Assembly (NCBI GenBank): GCA_963827275.1
Contig: CAWHAA010000002.1
Location: 128,001 to 192,000, forward strand
Direction of reading: 5' to 3'
From: an uncultured Spirochaetota bacterium
Lineage (GTDB): Bacteria > Spirochaetota > UBA4802 > UBA5550
Length of the DNA stretch: 64,000 bases
Shown here: positions 50,792 through 61,670 of the stretch, in pieces
How the letters are laid out: every line of letters begins with the position of its first letter
Position numbering within the stretch: position 1 is the stretch's first letter
Notes under the pieces: model-generated
Databases searched by the model: none
What the model was told of the DNA's origin: nothing
Seen by the model: only the letters and a program-made list of their open reading frames with translations
Translations under genes and position numbers: made by a program

Positions 50792-51706
50792 TCACCGCGT
50801 CCGGGCTCTCCAAGAGCTTCAGGGGCACGGTCGCCGTCGATTCCCTTGATTTCACGGTCAAAAAAGGCGAGATTTTCGGCATCGTGGGGCCTGACGGGTC
50901 CGGAAAGAGCACCCTCCTCAGAATGATATCATCGATTCTCGTTCCCGATACAGGGCAGTATAACCGTCAACGGCATTAACGTGCAGGATGAGCCCTTCAG
51001 GATAAAAGAGCTGCTGGCGTACATGCCACAGCGGTTCGGCCTGTACGAAGACCTGACGGTGGAGGAGAACATCTTTTTCTTCGGCAGGCTGTTTCTCCTT
51101 TCAAGGAAGGAGATTCAGAAGAGGCTCGATACCCTGTACGGCTTCAGCAGGCTCGGCCCTTTCAAAGACCGGCTTGCCGGGCAGCTGTCGGGCGGCATGA
51201 AGCAGAAGCTGGGCCTTACCTGCTGCCTGATCCACACGCCGGAGGTGCTGCTCCTGGACGAGCCGACCAACGGGGTGGACCCCGTATCCCGCAGGGAATT
51301 CTGGGACTTCCTGTATGAGCTGCTCGCGCAGGGGGTCACCATCGTGGTCACCACCGCGTACCTTGACGAAGCGGAGCGGAGCAACAGGGTGGCGATGATG
51401 TACCGGGGCCGCTTTATCAGGCTCGGCACGCCGAAATCGATACGGAGCGAAATGCGGCGGACCATGCTCCATGTCATCGTCGATAATTCGAAAAAAGCGG
51501 AGTCGGTGCTGACGCGCGACGGGGAGGCGGGAATTATCCGCACCGGGAATTCCATCCGGATGTTCACCGGATCCCCGAAAGCCGCAAAGAGGCGGGTTGA
51601 TCTTCTGCTCCGGAAAAACGGCATCGGTGTGGTGTCGATCGAAGAGTCGCCGCCGCGCCTGGAGGACAGCTTTATAGATATCATCTCCCGGGAGGAAACG
51701 AGGTGA
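50788..51706 (+). CDS. ABC transporter ATP-binding protein, with a +1 frameshift at 50953-50955
   Basis: Walker A GPDGSGKST in 50788-50979, LSGGM and LLLDEP in 50981-51706. Removing one G gives DTGSITVNGINV. Confidence 0.9.
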
Positions 51707-52854
51707 AACGATTCGGGTCGCTGATTCGCATGGCCGCGATAGCGGACAAGGAGTGGACACAGATCCGCCGTGATTCACGGAGCATGTACCTGACGCTCTT
51801 CATCCCGATCATGCTGGTCCTCCTGTTCGGGTATGCCCTGGTGTTTGATGTTAAAAATGTCAGGGTGGCGGTATTCGACCAGGACCGGAGCTATTTTTCA
51901 CGCCAGTACCTCGAGCGCTTCCGGCACACCGAATATCTGCTTTTTGAAAAATATGTGAACAGCTATGGCGAGATAGACCGCATGATCAACAGCGGCCGGA
52001 TCATCCTCGGCATCGTGATCCCGCCGGGTTTCGAGAGAAAGTTCAATTCCGGCAAATACGCCGATGTCCAGGTGCTGGTGGACGGCTCGGATTCGCTGTC
52101 GGCGATGATTGCGACCGGCTACATGAAGGCAATCACCTACCAGTTCAACAACGATTATCTGCAGCAGGGGCTCGGGAAAAAGGGGATCACCAATCTCCGC
52201 ATGCCGGTGGAGATAAAGAACAGGATATGGTACAACCCCGAGCTGAAGAGCAAGAATTTCATCATACCGGGTAATATCGGGTTGATACTGGCCATCGTGT
52301 CGGCGCTCATCTCGTCCCTCACCCTGTCCCGGGAGTGGGAGCGGGGCACGATGGAAACGCTCATCACCACGCCGGTGCGGAGCTACGAAGTTATACTCGG
52401 GAAGCTCTTTCCCTATATCCTGATCGGGCTGTTCGACGTCATATGCGCACTGGCGATAGGGTATTTTGTCTTCAACGTGCCGTTCAGGGGGAGCTTCATC
52501 GAGCTTATTCTCGTCTCCATGCTGTTTCTTATCGGCACGTCCAGCATCGGGATCCTCTTCTCCTCGATAACGAAGGTACAGGTCCTGTCCGTGCAGCTGG
52601 CGATCGTGGCGATGTATCTGCCCTCGCTGATGCTGTCGGATTTCATCTTCCCGATCAAGAACATGCCGCTCCTCATCCGCCTCCTGACCTATATCGTGCC
52701 GGCAAAATACATGATCGTGGTGCTCAAGGGCATCATTTTAAAGGGGGTCGGCTTTTACGTCCTCTGGGTGCAGATACTCTTCCTGTTCATTTTCAGCGTT
52801 GTGCTTCTCGGCCTGAGCATCAGGAATTTCAGGGTGAGTCTCCCGGACAAATAG
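51703..52854 (+). CDS. ABC-2 permease (YbhS-like)
   Basis: KE..QIRRD, WYNP, REWERGTME, FPI.NMP. Confidence 0.92.
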   Translation: MKRFGSLIRMAAIADKEWTQIRRDSRSMYLTLFIPIMLVLLFGYALVFDVKNVRVAVFDQDRSYFSRQYLERFRHTEYLLFEKYVNSYGEIDRMINSGRIILGIVIPPGFERKFNSGKYADVQVLVDGSDSLSAMIATGYMKAITYQFNNDYLQQGLGKKGITNLRMPVEIKNRIWYNPELKSKNFIIPGNIGLILAIVSALISSLTLSREWERGTMETLITTPVRSYEVILGKLFPYILIGLFDVICALAIGYFVFNVPFRGSFIELILVSMLFLIGTSSIGILFSSITKVQVLSVQLAIVAMYLPSLMLSDFIFPIKNMPLLIRLLTYIVPAKYMIVVLKGIILKGVGFYVLWVQILFLFIFSVVLLGLSIRNFRVSLPDK

Positions 52855-52867
52855 GAATGGCGGCGTC

Positions 52868-54058
52868 ATGATCAAACTTATCAGAATCCCGATCCTCATC
52901 AGCATGATTAAGAAGGAATTCGCCCAGGTGCTGCGCGACCCGCGGACCAGGGGGATACTATTCGGCCCCCCGATCATCATGATCTTCGTGTTCGGGTATG
53001 CCATCAGCATGGATGTCAACAGCGTGAACCTGGCCCTCCTCGACGAGGACCGCACGGGGATGAGCAGGGGGCTTGTGGAGAAGTTCACCGGCTCGGGGTA
53101 TTTTTTCCTTCATTCAACCGTGCGGTCGGGTGACGAGGTCCTTCCGCTCATGGATAGCGGAAAAATCGACGCGTTCATGCATGTCAGGCCGGGGCTGTCG
53201 AAAAACCTGAAGACCGGGAAGATGTCCGAGATACAGGTGATCATAGACGGGACGGACTCGAACAGGGGCGCGGTCATATCATCGTATGTGAATGAAATCA
53301 TGCAGGAGTATTTCATCGGCCGTTACCTGGGCCGGATAAAGACGCAGGTGCTCATCCGGGCCGCCGGCATGACGGCGCAGCAGGGCGCGGACGTTTCCGC
53401 GCCGGTGATCAGCGGCGGGGTCCGCGTCATCGACCGCGCCTATTTCAATCCCACCCTCCTCAGCAGGAATTTTTTCCTGCCCGGCGTCGCCGCGTTCATC
53501 GTCACCCTGGTGGCGGTCATGTTGACGTCGATGTCGATCGTCAAGGAGCGCGAGTCGGGCACCATGGAGCAGATCAACGTGTCGCCGATACGGCCGATTG
53601 AATTCATCATGGGGAAAACGGTCCCCTTCGGGATCATCGCCTTTATCGATCTGTTTATCGTGGCGATGATTACGATCTTCTGGTTCGGGGTCCCCTTCAA
53701 GGGGAGCCTCATCTTTCTGTTCTTCGCCGGCGCGTTCTACATATCCTGCTCCCTCGCCGTGGGCATATTCATCTCGACGATATCGAGGACCCAGCAGCAG
53801 GCGATGATGTCGTTCTTTCTCTATATGCTTCCCGCGATGCTCTTCTCGGGGTTCGCCTTCCCGATCTACACCATGCCGGAGACGATACAGCTCGTCACCT
53901 ACCTGAACCCGCTGAGGTATTTCATCATCATCATACGGGGCGTGTTTCTCAAGGGTGTCGGCATAACGGTGCTCTGGCCCGAGACGCTGGCGCTCTTCGT
54001 CATCGGAACGGTTCTGATGTGGCTCAGCGTCCGGAGGCTGAGCAGGAGGATGGAATGA
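52868..54058 (+). CDS. ABC-2 permease (YbhR-like)
   Basis: KEFAQVLRD, FNP, KERESGTMEQ, NPLRYF. Confidence 0.92.
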   Translation: MIKLIRIPILISMIKKEFAQVLRDPRTRGILFGPPIIMIFVFGYAISMDVNSVNLALLDEDRTGMSRGLVEKFTGSGYFFLHSTVRSGDEVLPLMDSGKIDAFMHVRPGLSKNLKTGKMSEIQVIIDGTDSNRGAVISSYVNEIMQEYFIGRYLGRIKTQVLIRAAGMTAQQGADVSAPVISGGVRVIDRAYFNPTLLSRNFFLPGVAAFIVTLVAVMLTSMSIVKERESGTMEQINVSPIRPIEFIMGKTVPFGIIAFIDLFIVAMITIFWFGVPFKGSLIFLFFAGAFYISCSLAVGIFISTISRTQQQAMMSFFLYMLPAMLFSGFAFPIYTMPETIQLVTYLNPLRYFIIIIRGVFLKGVGITVLWPETLALFVIGTVLMWLSVRRLSRRME

Positions 54059-54984
54059 CGGAACGGATCGTTGAAATACGGAACCTGACAAAAAAATTCG
54101 GTGACTTCACCGCGGTCAATGATATCAGCCTTTCGGTCGGGAAGGGTGAAATTTTCGGGTTCCTGGGCCCCAACGGCGCGGGGAAGACCACGACCATCAA
54201 GATGCTCTGCGGCATCCTGCTGCCCACCGCCGGCGAGGGGCGGGTCTCGGGCTATGACATCATCAGCGAGCAGGAAAAGATAAAGGGCGTGATCGGCTAC
54301 ATGTCGCAGCGCTTTTCTCTCTACGAGGACCTCACCGTCGCGGAGAACCTCGAGTTATTCGGTACGATATACGGCCTGAGAAACACCCATTTGAAGCGGG
54401 AAATGGAAAAGGTCATGGCAATGGCGGGCATCGGGACGAGGAAAAACGAACTGGTGAAAAACCTTCCCGGCGGCATGAAACAGCGGCTCGCCCTGGGCGG
54501 CGCGATCCTGCACGATCCGCCCGTCCTCTTCCTGGATGAGCCCACGTCGGGCGTTGACCCGCTCATGCGGCGCAATTTCTGGGACATCATCTACCGGTTT
54601 TCGGAGGAGGGGCGCACCATCTTTGTGACCACACACTACATGGACGAGGCGGAGCACTGCAACCGGATCGCCCTCATCATCGCGGGTAAGATCATCGCGC
54701 TTGATTCCCCTGACGCGCTAAAAAATAATTTCAGCCATGCCGTGTATTCGGTCGTGACGGATAATTTCATAGAGGTATTTGAAAAGATCAGGGACCAGGA
54801 TTTCGTCATCGAGGCCGCCATCTTCGGGACGGATATTCATATCCTCTGTGACGGCCGGGTGCCGGTCAAGAAAATGATAGGCGCCTTTTTTAAGAGCCAG
54901 GGCATAGCACGCTATTCCCTCCACAGGATTATGCCGAGTCTCGAGGATGTTTTTGTAAGCAACGCGAAAAAATATAATTTATAA
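54055..54984 (+). CDS. ABC transporter ATP-binding protein
   Basis: GPNGAGKTT, LPGGMKQR, FLDEPTSG, TTHYMDEAE. Confidence 0.93.
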   Translation: MTERIVEIRNLTKKFGDFTAVNDISLSVGKGEIFGFLGPNGAGKTTTIKMLCGILLPTAGEGRVSGYDIISEQEKIKGVIGYMSQRFSLYEDLTVAENLELFGTIYGLRNTHLKREMEKVMAMAGIGTRKNELVKNLPGGMKQRLALGGAILHDPPVLFLDEPTSGVDPLMRRNFWDIIYRFSEEGRTIFVTTHYMDEAEHCNRIALIIAGKIIALDSPDALKNNFSHAVYSVVTDNFIEVFEKIRDQDFVIEAAIFGTDIHILCDGRVPVKKMIGAFFKSQGIARYSLHRIMPSLEDVFVSNAKKYNL

Positions 54985-55188
54985 AATGCATTAATACTAT
55001 AAAAAAATCCACCCAGCCGTATTTTTTTTATTGTATTAATTTTTTATTGCTATATATTTGATTTTAGTGACATTATATAATTTTCTTATTCATCATCAAA
55101 AACTGCTTTTTTCATTATTATTTTACTGTAATTCGTTTCCAACTGCTTTCATAATCATACAATTGTCGAATACGGTTATATTAATGTC

Positions 55189-57699
55189 ATGAATTTCATA
55201 CAACAAGTAAGCATTTTCCATCTTCTGGCAACGGCTCTTTGCGTGGGGATCCTCATCGCGGTAAACCTGCAATTCATGCATCTGTCATTCAGAAGAAAGG
55301 ACGGTCTCTATTTTTCACAGCTCGCCATGGGGTTTCTCGGCCTGTTGTTTGTTGCTGCGCATCTGCTCAACCTGATTGTGGGCGGGGTGATGATGAATGC
55401 TCCCGCCGGAATGCAGATCCACCGGATAGAGCAAGTCTCAGTGAATTTTTTTGTTTTTATACTTCCATTTTTCCTCTTGCACCTGCTGAAACTGAACGAG
55501 CGCTGGCAGCGCATTAACAGGACAATAGCATATGCCGGGTTCACCATCGCGTGCGTGGTTACCGTTATCGCGTTTGCGGATCCCGATTCGTTCATATCCG
55601 TTACCCGCCAGACCCCTTCGATGAATAAATATGCCGCACTGTATGGCAGGGGAGAGGCGGGCATTGCCTACCTGGTCCGCGATGTCATTCTCGGGATTCT
55701 TATCGTTTACGGCATTGCCTGCTGCATCGCCGATATGCTGATAAACGGACGGGCCCGGGAAATCATATTTCTCATGATCGGTCTTATCATCGCTTCATTC
55801 TCCGGCGTCATTGATATAATTTTTGTCCACAGCCAGACCTTCATCGGTATTTTCAGCCAGAACATGTTCTCCCGTTTCAGCCTTGGCATTACCGCCTTTG
55901 TCCTGCTCTCCATGTACCAGTTCACCAGGACGTTCATCGAGCAGACCGGTAAAATTGAGGAGACCTACCGCGAGCTGGACGGCGCGTACAAGGTGCTGCA
56001 GCGCAGGGAGGAGCGCTTCCAGCAGTTCGCTGATTCCATACACCAGGTCTTCATGCTGTATGATTACCGCAACAATGTCATGCTCTACGTCAGCCCGGCG
56101 TATGAAAAGATTACGGGAATGAAGCCGGACGACATCTATGGCCCGCCGAAAACCTGGTTTGTGCACGTCCACCCCGATGACCGCGAGAGTGTCATCAAGA
56201 AGTTTGAAAAAGAATCGATCCGTGATCCGTTTGAGAACCTGTACCGTTTCGTCAGGCCCGACGGGGAAACGCGATGGTTCCGCCAGCAGGTGACGCCGAT
56301 ATACGACCGGAACGGCGAACTCTACCGGCTTGCCAGCGTCATCGAAGACGTCACTGACCGGAAGAAGAGCGAAGAGGAGCTGACGTTCGTCGCCTACAAT
56401 GACGTCATGACCGGCCTCCCGAACAGGGAGTCCTTTTTCAACAGGCTCTACGAGATGATGAGGCTTTCCGAGCGCGAGGAGCGCGATACGAGCAAGGGGG
56501 TGCTCATCGTCGATATCGACCACTTCAAGGACATCAACGATATCTACGGCCACGAGTTCGGGGACGCCCTGATCAGGGAGGCGGCGAAGCGGCTCAGGGG
56601 GTGCCTGCGGGAGGTCGATTATGTTGCGCGGATCGGGGGCGACAAGTTCTCCGTGCTGCTGAAGCTGGTCACCCGGGACATCGATGCCGCGGTTGTGGCC
56701 CGGAAGATCAACCACGAGATGTCGCTCCCGTTTGTCATCGAAGGGCGCGAAATTCACATCAACCTGAAGATCGGGATCAGCATCTACCCAAAGGACGGCA
56801 TGACCGCCGACGCCATGGTGAAGAGCGCGGAGATGGCCCTGTACGCGGCCAAGAGACACAGCCTGCCGTACGAGTTTTACTGTGACGAGATGAACCGCAG
56901 GGCCGAAGAGCGGCAATTAATTGAGAAGAACCTGAAGCAGGCGATGTACAGGAACCAGTTCGCCCTTCATTACCAGCCGCTGGTCGATTACAGCGGGAGG
57001 ATCATCGGCGTGGAGGCGCTCCTCAGGTGGCACCACCCGGAGCTCGGCAACATACCGCCGGACAGGTTCATTCCGGTCGCAGAATCAACCGGGATGATAA
57101 TCGATATCGGCACCTGGACCCTGGAGACGGCGTGCCGGCAGAAAAAATTGTGGGAGAATATGGGCTTTGGCGGCCTGAAGGTGTCGGTGAACCTGTCCAC
57201 GAAACAGCTCATGGACGACAAGCTCGTTGACACGATCAGGGGCATCCTGGAGCAGAACAATCTTGAGTCGCGGGGACTGGAGCTGGAGATCACGGAGAGC
57301 TGCATTATGGAAAACCCCCATGATGCCGTCACGAAGATCAACGACCTCAACAGCCTCGGGATCAACTTTTCCATCGATGATTTCGGCACGGGGTATTCGT
57401 CCCTGAGCTACCTGAAGCGCTTCAAGGTGGAAAATTTAAAGGTGGACAAGAGCTTCGTCATGGATATAAAGGTGGATGCGAACAGCGCCGAAATCATTAA
57501 GGCGATCATCGCGATGGCCCACAGCCTGAGCCTGAAGGTCACCGCGGAAGGGGTTGAGACGGTTGACCAGATGGAATTTCTGAAAGAGAACAATTGCGAT
57601 CTCCTGCAGGGGTTCCTTTTCTGCAGGCCTGTGCCGGCGGACGATATCACCCGCCTCCTGGAAAAAAGCATGTATATAGTGCAGGGGCTACCGTCATGA
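55189..57699 (+). CDS. Membrane sensor-PAS-GGDEF-EAL protein (probable c-di-GMP phosphodiesterase)
   Basis: Multi-TM N-terminus, VHPDD PAS, GGDKF, EALLRW, DDFGTGYSSL, AEGVE, QG. Confidence 0.93.
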   Translation: MNFIQQVSIFHLLATALCVGILIAVNLQFMHLSFRRKDGLYFSQLAMGFLGLLFVAAHLLNLIVGGVMMNAPAGMQIHRIEQVSVNFFVFILPFFLLHLLKLNERWQRINRTIAYAGFTIACVVTVIAFADPDSFISVTRQTPSMNKYAALYGRGEAGIAYLVRDVILGILIVYGIACCIADMLINGRAREIIFLMIGLIIASFSGVIDIIFVHSQTFIGIFSQNMFSRFSLGITAFVLLSMYQFTRTFIEQTGKIEETYRELDGAYKVLQRREERFQQFADSIHQVFMLYDYRNNVMLYVSPAYEKITGMKPDDIYGPPKTWFVHVHPDDRESVIKKFEKESIRDPFENLYRFVRPDGETRWFRQQVTPIYDRNGELYRLASVIEDVTDRKKSEEELTFVAYNDVMTGLPNRESFFNRLYEMMRLSEREERDTSKGVLIVDIDHFKDINDIYGHEFGDALIREAAKRLRGCLREVDYVARIGGDKFSVLLKLVTRDIDAAVVARKINHEMSLPFVIEGREIHINLKIGISIYPKDGMTADAMVKSAEMALYAAKRHSLPYEFYCDEMNRRAEERQLIEKNLKQAMYRNQFALHYQPLVDYSGRIIGVEALLRWHHPELGNIPPDRFIPVAESTGMIIDIGTWTLETACRQKKLWENMGFGGLKVSVNLSTKQLMDDKLVDTIRGILEQNNLESRGLELEITESCIMENPHDAVTKINDLNSLGINFSIDDFGTGYSSLSYLKRFKVENLKVDKSFVMDIKVDANSAEIIKAIIAMAHSLSLKVTAEGVETVDQMEFLKENNCDLLQGFLFCRPVPADDITRLLEKSMYIVQGLPS

Positions 57700-57754
57700 C
57701 GCCGCGTCACGACGTGCTCCGGTATGCCGCGCGGCGGGAGGTCCGCAGGCTGAT

Positions 57755-58555
57755 ATGAAGCTTGATTTCACAACTGATGATTTCAATTTTTTCACGTCGC
57801 TCATACGCGAGGCGGGGGACGCCGCGCGGCGAATCCAGAACAGCTTCATCGAGGTTTCTCGGAAGAGCGACGCCACGATCGTCACCCAGGCAGATCTCAT
57901 GGTGCAGGAGGCGCTGGTGCGGGGCATTTCGTCGCGGTATGACGGGCTGCACTACATACACGAGGAGAACAATCCGGGGAACGCGCCGGAGGTCGATGAC
58001 GATACGGTATCGGTGATTATCGATCCGATCGACGGCACCGCCATGTACAGCATGTACCTCCCGGAATGGTGCGTCTCCGTCGGCATCTTCAGGGGGTTCC
58101 GTCCCGTCTTCGGCTTCGTCTACTCCCCCGGCTTCAACATGTTCTTTCATAATGATGGCGTGCACGCCTATCTCAACGGGCGGATGGTGCGCGCGGAAAA
58201 AAACATCGCGGTCGATTCGGAGACGAACATTTTCTGCGCCTCCGAAGCGCAGAATGAATACTGCTTCGAGTTCCGGGGGAAGATCAGGAACCTCGGGTCA
58301 ACCGCGCTGCATGCCTGCCTGGCGGCGGACAGCGCGCGCAACAGGACGCTCGCCTTCATCGGCAGGTCGAACCTCTGGGACTGGGCCGGGGCAATTCCGA
58401 TCATCCTGAACGCGGGCGTCTCCCTGCGCTACATCAACGGGGACGAGATAGATTTCCGCACCGTGATGCGGAATAATTTTCGCTTCCCGGATTATGTCCT
58501 CGCGTACAACGCGGAACATTTTGAATCCGTCAGAAAATTGTTTAGAAAACGATGA
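57755..58555 (+). CDS. Inositol monophosphatase family protein
   Basis: VT.AD, EE, IDPIDGT, R.LGS, WD.A. Confidence 0.88.
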   Translation: MKLDFTTDDFNFFTSLIREAGDAARRIQNSFIEVSRKSDATIVTQADLMVQEALVRGISSRYDGLHYIHEENNPGNAPEVDDDTVSVIIDPIDGTAMYSMYLPEWCVSVGIFRGFRPVFGFVYSPGFNMFFHNDGVHAYLNGRMVRAEKNIAVDSETNIFCASEAQNEYCFEFRGKIRNLGSTALHACLAADSARNRTLAFIGRSNLWDWAGAIPIILNAGVSLRYINGDEIDFRTVMRNNFRFPDYVLAYNAEHFESVRKLFRKR

Positions 58556-58708
58556 GTAGCGTCCTGAAAAAAATATTTTATCTCCGCTGAAATCGCCGCA
58601 CCTCCCGGAAAAAGTGAAAAGTCCGCCTTCCCGATTAAATATGTTGACATTAATAAACACCGGTTTAATTCTGACCTGACGTTGAATTTGATGTTCCAGG
58701 AAAATTGT

Positions 58709-59188
58709 ATGCCACGACCCAGAATTTTTGGTTTTTGCGCAATTGTTGCGGCGCTGATTCTTACGGGATTGTTCGTGTATGCCATCATGATCGTGAAAGG
58801 AGAGCAGGTCGGCGCCGGTCAAGTAGATTTAAACGCCCTGAGCAGTGTCACCTATTACGCGGTAGCGGCCCCGATCGTACTGGTAACGATGGCGGTCCTC
58901 GGGACGGGACTCTGGATCGGCTGGACAATTCTTACAATAAAGGTGGTGCCCCCCATGCCAGAAATAGTCGAGAAAAAAGATTTTTCAAAGATCAAAGCAT
59001 TCATCCTGTGCCTCGTGACCCTCGGGCTGGGCGCCCTTTTTATCTACGGCCTGTATATCAGAAATTTCTGGGCGCTGGCGGTGCCTGCCGCGGTGATCTC
59101 GCTGGTTATTCTCGGCGCCGTGTTCTGGGTCGGGATCGCGATCATCACAACACGCTCGACACTGCCGGAAGAGAAACAACAGTCTTAA
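58709..59188 (+). CDS. Four-TM membrane protein with internal duplication
   Basis: YYAVAAPIVLVTMAVLGTGLWIGWTILT resembles FWALAVPAAVISLVILGAVFWVGIAIIT. Confidence 0.7.
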   Translation: MPRPRIFGFCAIVAALILTGLFVYAIMIVKGEQVGAGQVDLNALSSVTYYAVAAPIVLVTMAVLGTGLWIGWTILTIKVVPPMPEIVEKKDFSKIKAFILCLVTLGLGALFIYGLYIRNFWALAVPAAVISLVILGAVFWVGIAIITTRSTLPEEKQQS

Positions 59189-59193
59189 TTCCC

Positions 59194-60435
59194 ATGAAGG
59201 TATTGCTGGTATGCTATCGGGGCAGTCCCTTCTGCGGAGGCCTCGGTATTTATCTTTACTATCTCGGCCGGGAACTTGCCAGGCTGGGTGTCGAGGTGGA
59301 TGTCCTTGTCGGGCCTCCCTACCCGGATCCCATGGACGAGTGGGCGACGGTCCACCGGGTCGAGAACCTGAATATCTGGATGGTGAAAACAAAGAAGTTC
59401 GGCTATTCCCGTCTCACCCGCGTTTACTCCATCTGGAATTTTGTCGATTATATCCTGACCCGGTTCCATATTTTTCCTGAAATGGAAACCTTCAGCATGA
59501 GAGCCTTTTTTGCCGCACATACGCTTTTGAAGAAGAAGAGGTACGATATCATCCATGATGTCAACGGCCTCGGCTGGGGGCTCCTGTTGATGAAGGAATT
59601 CGGCATCCCGGTCATATCCACGATACACCATCCCCTCACCAGGGACCGCGACGCCGATCTGACGATGGACGGTACGTTCTGGGACAGGCTTACCACCGTG
59701 CTCTTTTATCCGCTGAATATGCAGCGGTTTGTCATCAAGCGTCTTGACCGAATAATCACGTCATCGGTGGAAGGGATTGATGAGCTGAAGCGGGCCTTCG
59801 GCCTGAAGAAAGAAAAAATCTCCGTCGTGTACAACGGGATGGATGTCGATACCTTCAGGAACACGGGAGAGCAGCGCGACGAGCGCACCATCCTTTTCGT
59901 GGGAAACACCGAGGACCACAAGAAGGGGATCATCTTCCTGCTGGAGGCGCTGGCCGGGCTTCCCGACGATATCCGGCTCACCATCGTCGATGAAGGGCCG
60001 CCGCTGAAAAAGAACGCGATCGGAATTGTCAGAAAGACAGGCGTCGAGAAGCGGGTGAAATTCACCGGCAAGGTGGACCAGGAAACCCTGGTGAGCCTTT
60101 ACAGCAGGGCCACGATCCTGGTCATGTCGTCGCTGTACGAGGGGTTCGGGCTTCCGGCCGCCGAGGCCATGTCGTGCGAAACGCCGGTCGTCGTGACCAG
60201 GGCGGGGGCCCTGCCTGAAGTGGTTGATCCCTCCTGCGGCGTTCTCGTGGAGCCGGGTGATGCAGGGGCCCTCCGTGACGCAATCCTTTCGCTCATCGAC
60301 GATCCTGAATCCAGGGCGCGGATGGGGAAGAACGGAAGAAAAAGGGCCGTGGATAATTTTTCCTGGCCGGTCGCGGCAAAAAATACGCTCGATGTATATT
60401 CGGATGTAATTAAACGATACAGGAGAATAAAATGA
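59194..60435 (+). CDS. Glycosyltransferase family 4
   Basis: YRGSPFCGG, TIHHP, KG, SLYEGFGLPAAEAM. Real start is MKVLLV at 59194. Confidence 0.93.
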   Translation: MKVLLVCYRGSPFCGGLGIYLYYLGRELARLGVEVDVLVGPPYPDPMDEWATVHRVENLNIWMVKTKKFGYSRLTRVYSIWNFVDYILTRFHIFPEMETFSMRAFFAAHTLLKKKRYDIIHDVNGLGWGLLLMKEFGIPVISTIHHPLTRDRDADLTMDGTFWDRLTTVLFYPLNMQRFVIKRLDRIITSSVEGIDELKRAFGLKKEKISVVYNGMDVDTFRNTGEQRDERTILFVGNTEDHKKGIIFLLEALAGLPDDIRLTIVDEGPPLKKNAIGIVRKTGVEKRVKFTGKVDQETLVSLYSRATILVMSSLYEGFGLPAAEAMSCETPVVVTRAGALPEVVDPSCGVLVEPGDAGALRDAILSLIDDPESRARMGKNGRKRAVDNFSWPVAAKNTLDVYSDVIKRYRRIK

Positions 60436-61670
60436 AAGTATGTCTTTTGAGCTACCGGGGGAATCCCTACTGCGGCGGTCAGGGCATCTATGTCATGTAC
60501 ATCGCGCGGGAGCTGGTCAAGCTCGGCCATGAAGTGCATGTCCTCGCCGGTCCTCCCTATCCCTTCGACGAGGAAGGGGTCGTCATACACCGTGTGAGCA
60601 ACCATAACTATTTCAACAAGAAGACTGACTTCATAAAGCCGCACAAGCCGTTCGCGACGTTCCAGCCGCTGAATTTCTACGAGTTCGTCGCGGCCAAGCT
60701 CGGCATCTTCCCTGAAATAGAGACCTTCTCGGTGCGGGCCTTCGTGAAGCTCAAGGAGCTGATGAAGACGCACAAGTTCGACATCATCCACGACAACCAG
60801 TGCCTCGGGTACGGTTTTCTCCTGATACAGCGCCTCGGGGTGCCGTTCATATCGACGATTCACCATCCCCTCTCCATCGACCGGACGACATGGTTTGAAT
60901 ATCCCTCGGATTTCAATATCAAGATGCGCCGGATCCTCTATTACCCGCTCCTGATGCAGAAGTTCGTGGCCAACAGGATGTACCGGATCATAACCGTATC
61001 ACACGACTCCGCGCTCGAGATCAACAAGGCGTTCGGCGTTAACAGGAAGAAGATCAACGTCATATACAACGGCATGGACTCGAGCCTCTTCTACCCGGTC
61101 AAGGGCATCCAGAAGAAAAAGAACAGCATCATCTTCGTGGGGAACGTTGAGGACCGCAAGAAGGGGATCATCTATCTCCTGAAAGCGATGACCCTGACGA
61201 AGCACCGGGTGACCCTCACCATCGTCGATGGCGGGGCGCCCAACCGGAGCACGGTCCCGCACCTGATCGACAAGCTGGGACTGAACGACCGCGTCACCTT
61301 CACCGGCAAGATCCCGATCGACACGCTGATCCGCCTCTATTCGCGGCACGAGCTGGCGGTGCTCCCCTCGCTCTACGAGGGATTCGGGTTCCCCGCGGCG
61401 GAGGCGATGGCGTGCGAATTGCCGGTCCTGACGACGACCGCGGGCGCCCTTCCGGAGGTGGTGGGCGAGCACATGAAGACCGGGTACATGGTGCCGCCGC
61501 GCGAGGCGGGCATGATCGCCGAAGGGATCGATTTCCTGCTGGACAACCCGGAGCTCAGGAAGCAGATGGGAAAGGCGGCGCGGAAGCGCGTGCTCGAGAT
61601 ATTCACCTGGGAGAACGCCGCCAGGGAGCTGGTCACCATGTACGAAGAGGTGATCAATGCTCACCGTTGA
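60432..61670 (+). CDS. Glycosyltransferase family 4 (paralogue of the upstream gene)
   Basis: SYRGNPYCGGQG, HDNQ, TIHHP, RKKG, SLYEGFGFPAAEAM. Confidence 0.94.
   Translation: MKVCLLSYRGNPYCGGQGIYVMYIARELVKLGHEVHVLAGPPYPFDEEGVVIHRVSNHNYFNKKTDFIKPHKPFATFQPLNFYEFVAAKLGIFPEIETFSVRAFVKLKELMKTHKFDIIHDNQCLGYGFLLIQRLGVPFISTIHHPLSIDRTTWFEYPSDFNIKMRRILYYPLLMQKFVANRMYRIITVSHDSALEINKAFGVNRKKINVIYNGMDSSLFYPVKGIQKKKNSIIFVGNVEDRKKGIIYLLKAMTLTKHRVTLTIVDGGAPNRSTVPHLIDKLGLNDRVTFTGKIPIDTLIRLYSRHELAVLPSLYEGFGFPAAEAMACELPVLTTTAGALPEVVGEHMKTGYMVPPREAGMIAEGIDFLLDNPELRKQMGKAARKRVLEIFTWENAARELVTMYEEVINAHR

Noticed and set aside
47926..54984. TetR-TolC-HlyD-ABC cluster as a novel system
   Set aside because: Matches the widespread YbhGFSR-type efflux operon.
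55795..56916. Long antisense ORFs (this one, 14956-15876, 3426-4379, 39609-40520 and others)
   Set aside because: Shadow frames of GC3-rich genes with no recognisable motifs.
58705..59193. N-terminal extension of the 576-aa GT4 ORF
   Set aside because: It overlaps the real 4-TM gene in another frame. GT homology begins at ATG 59194.
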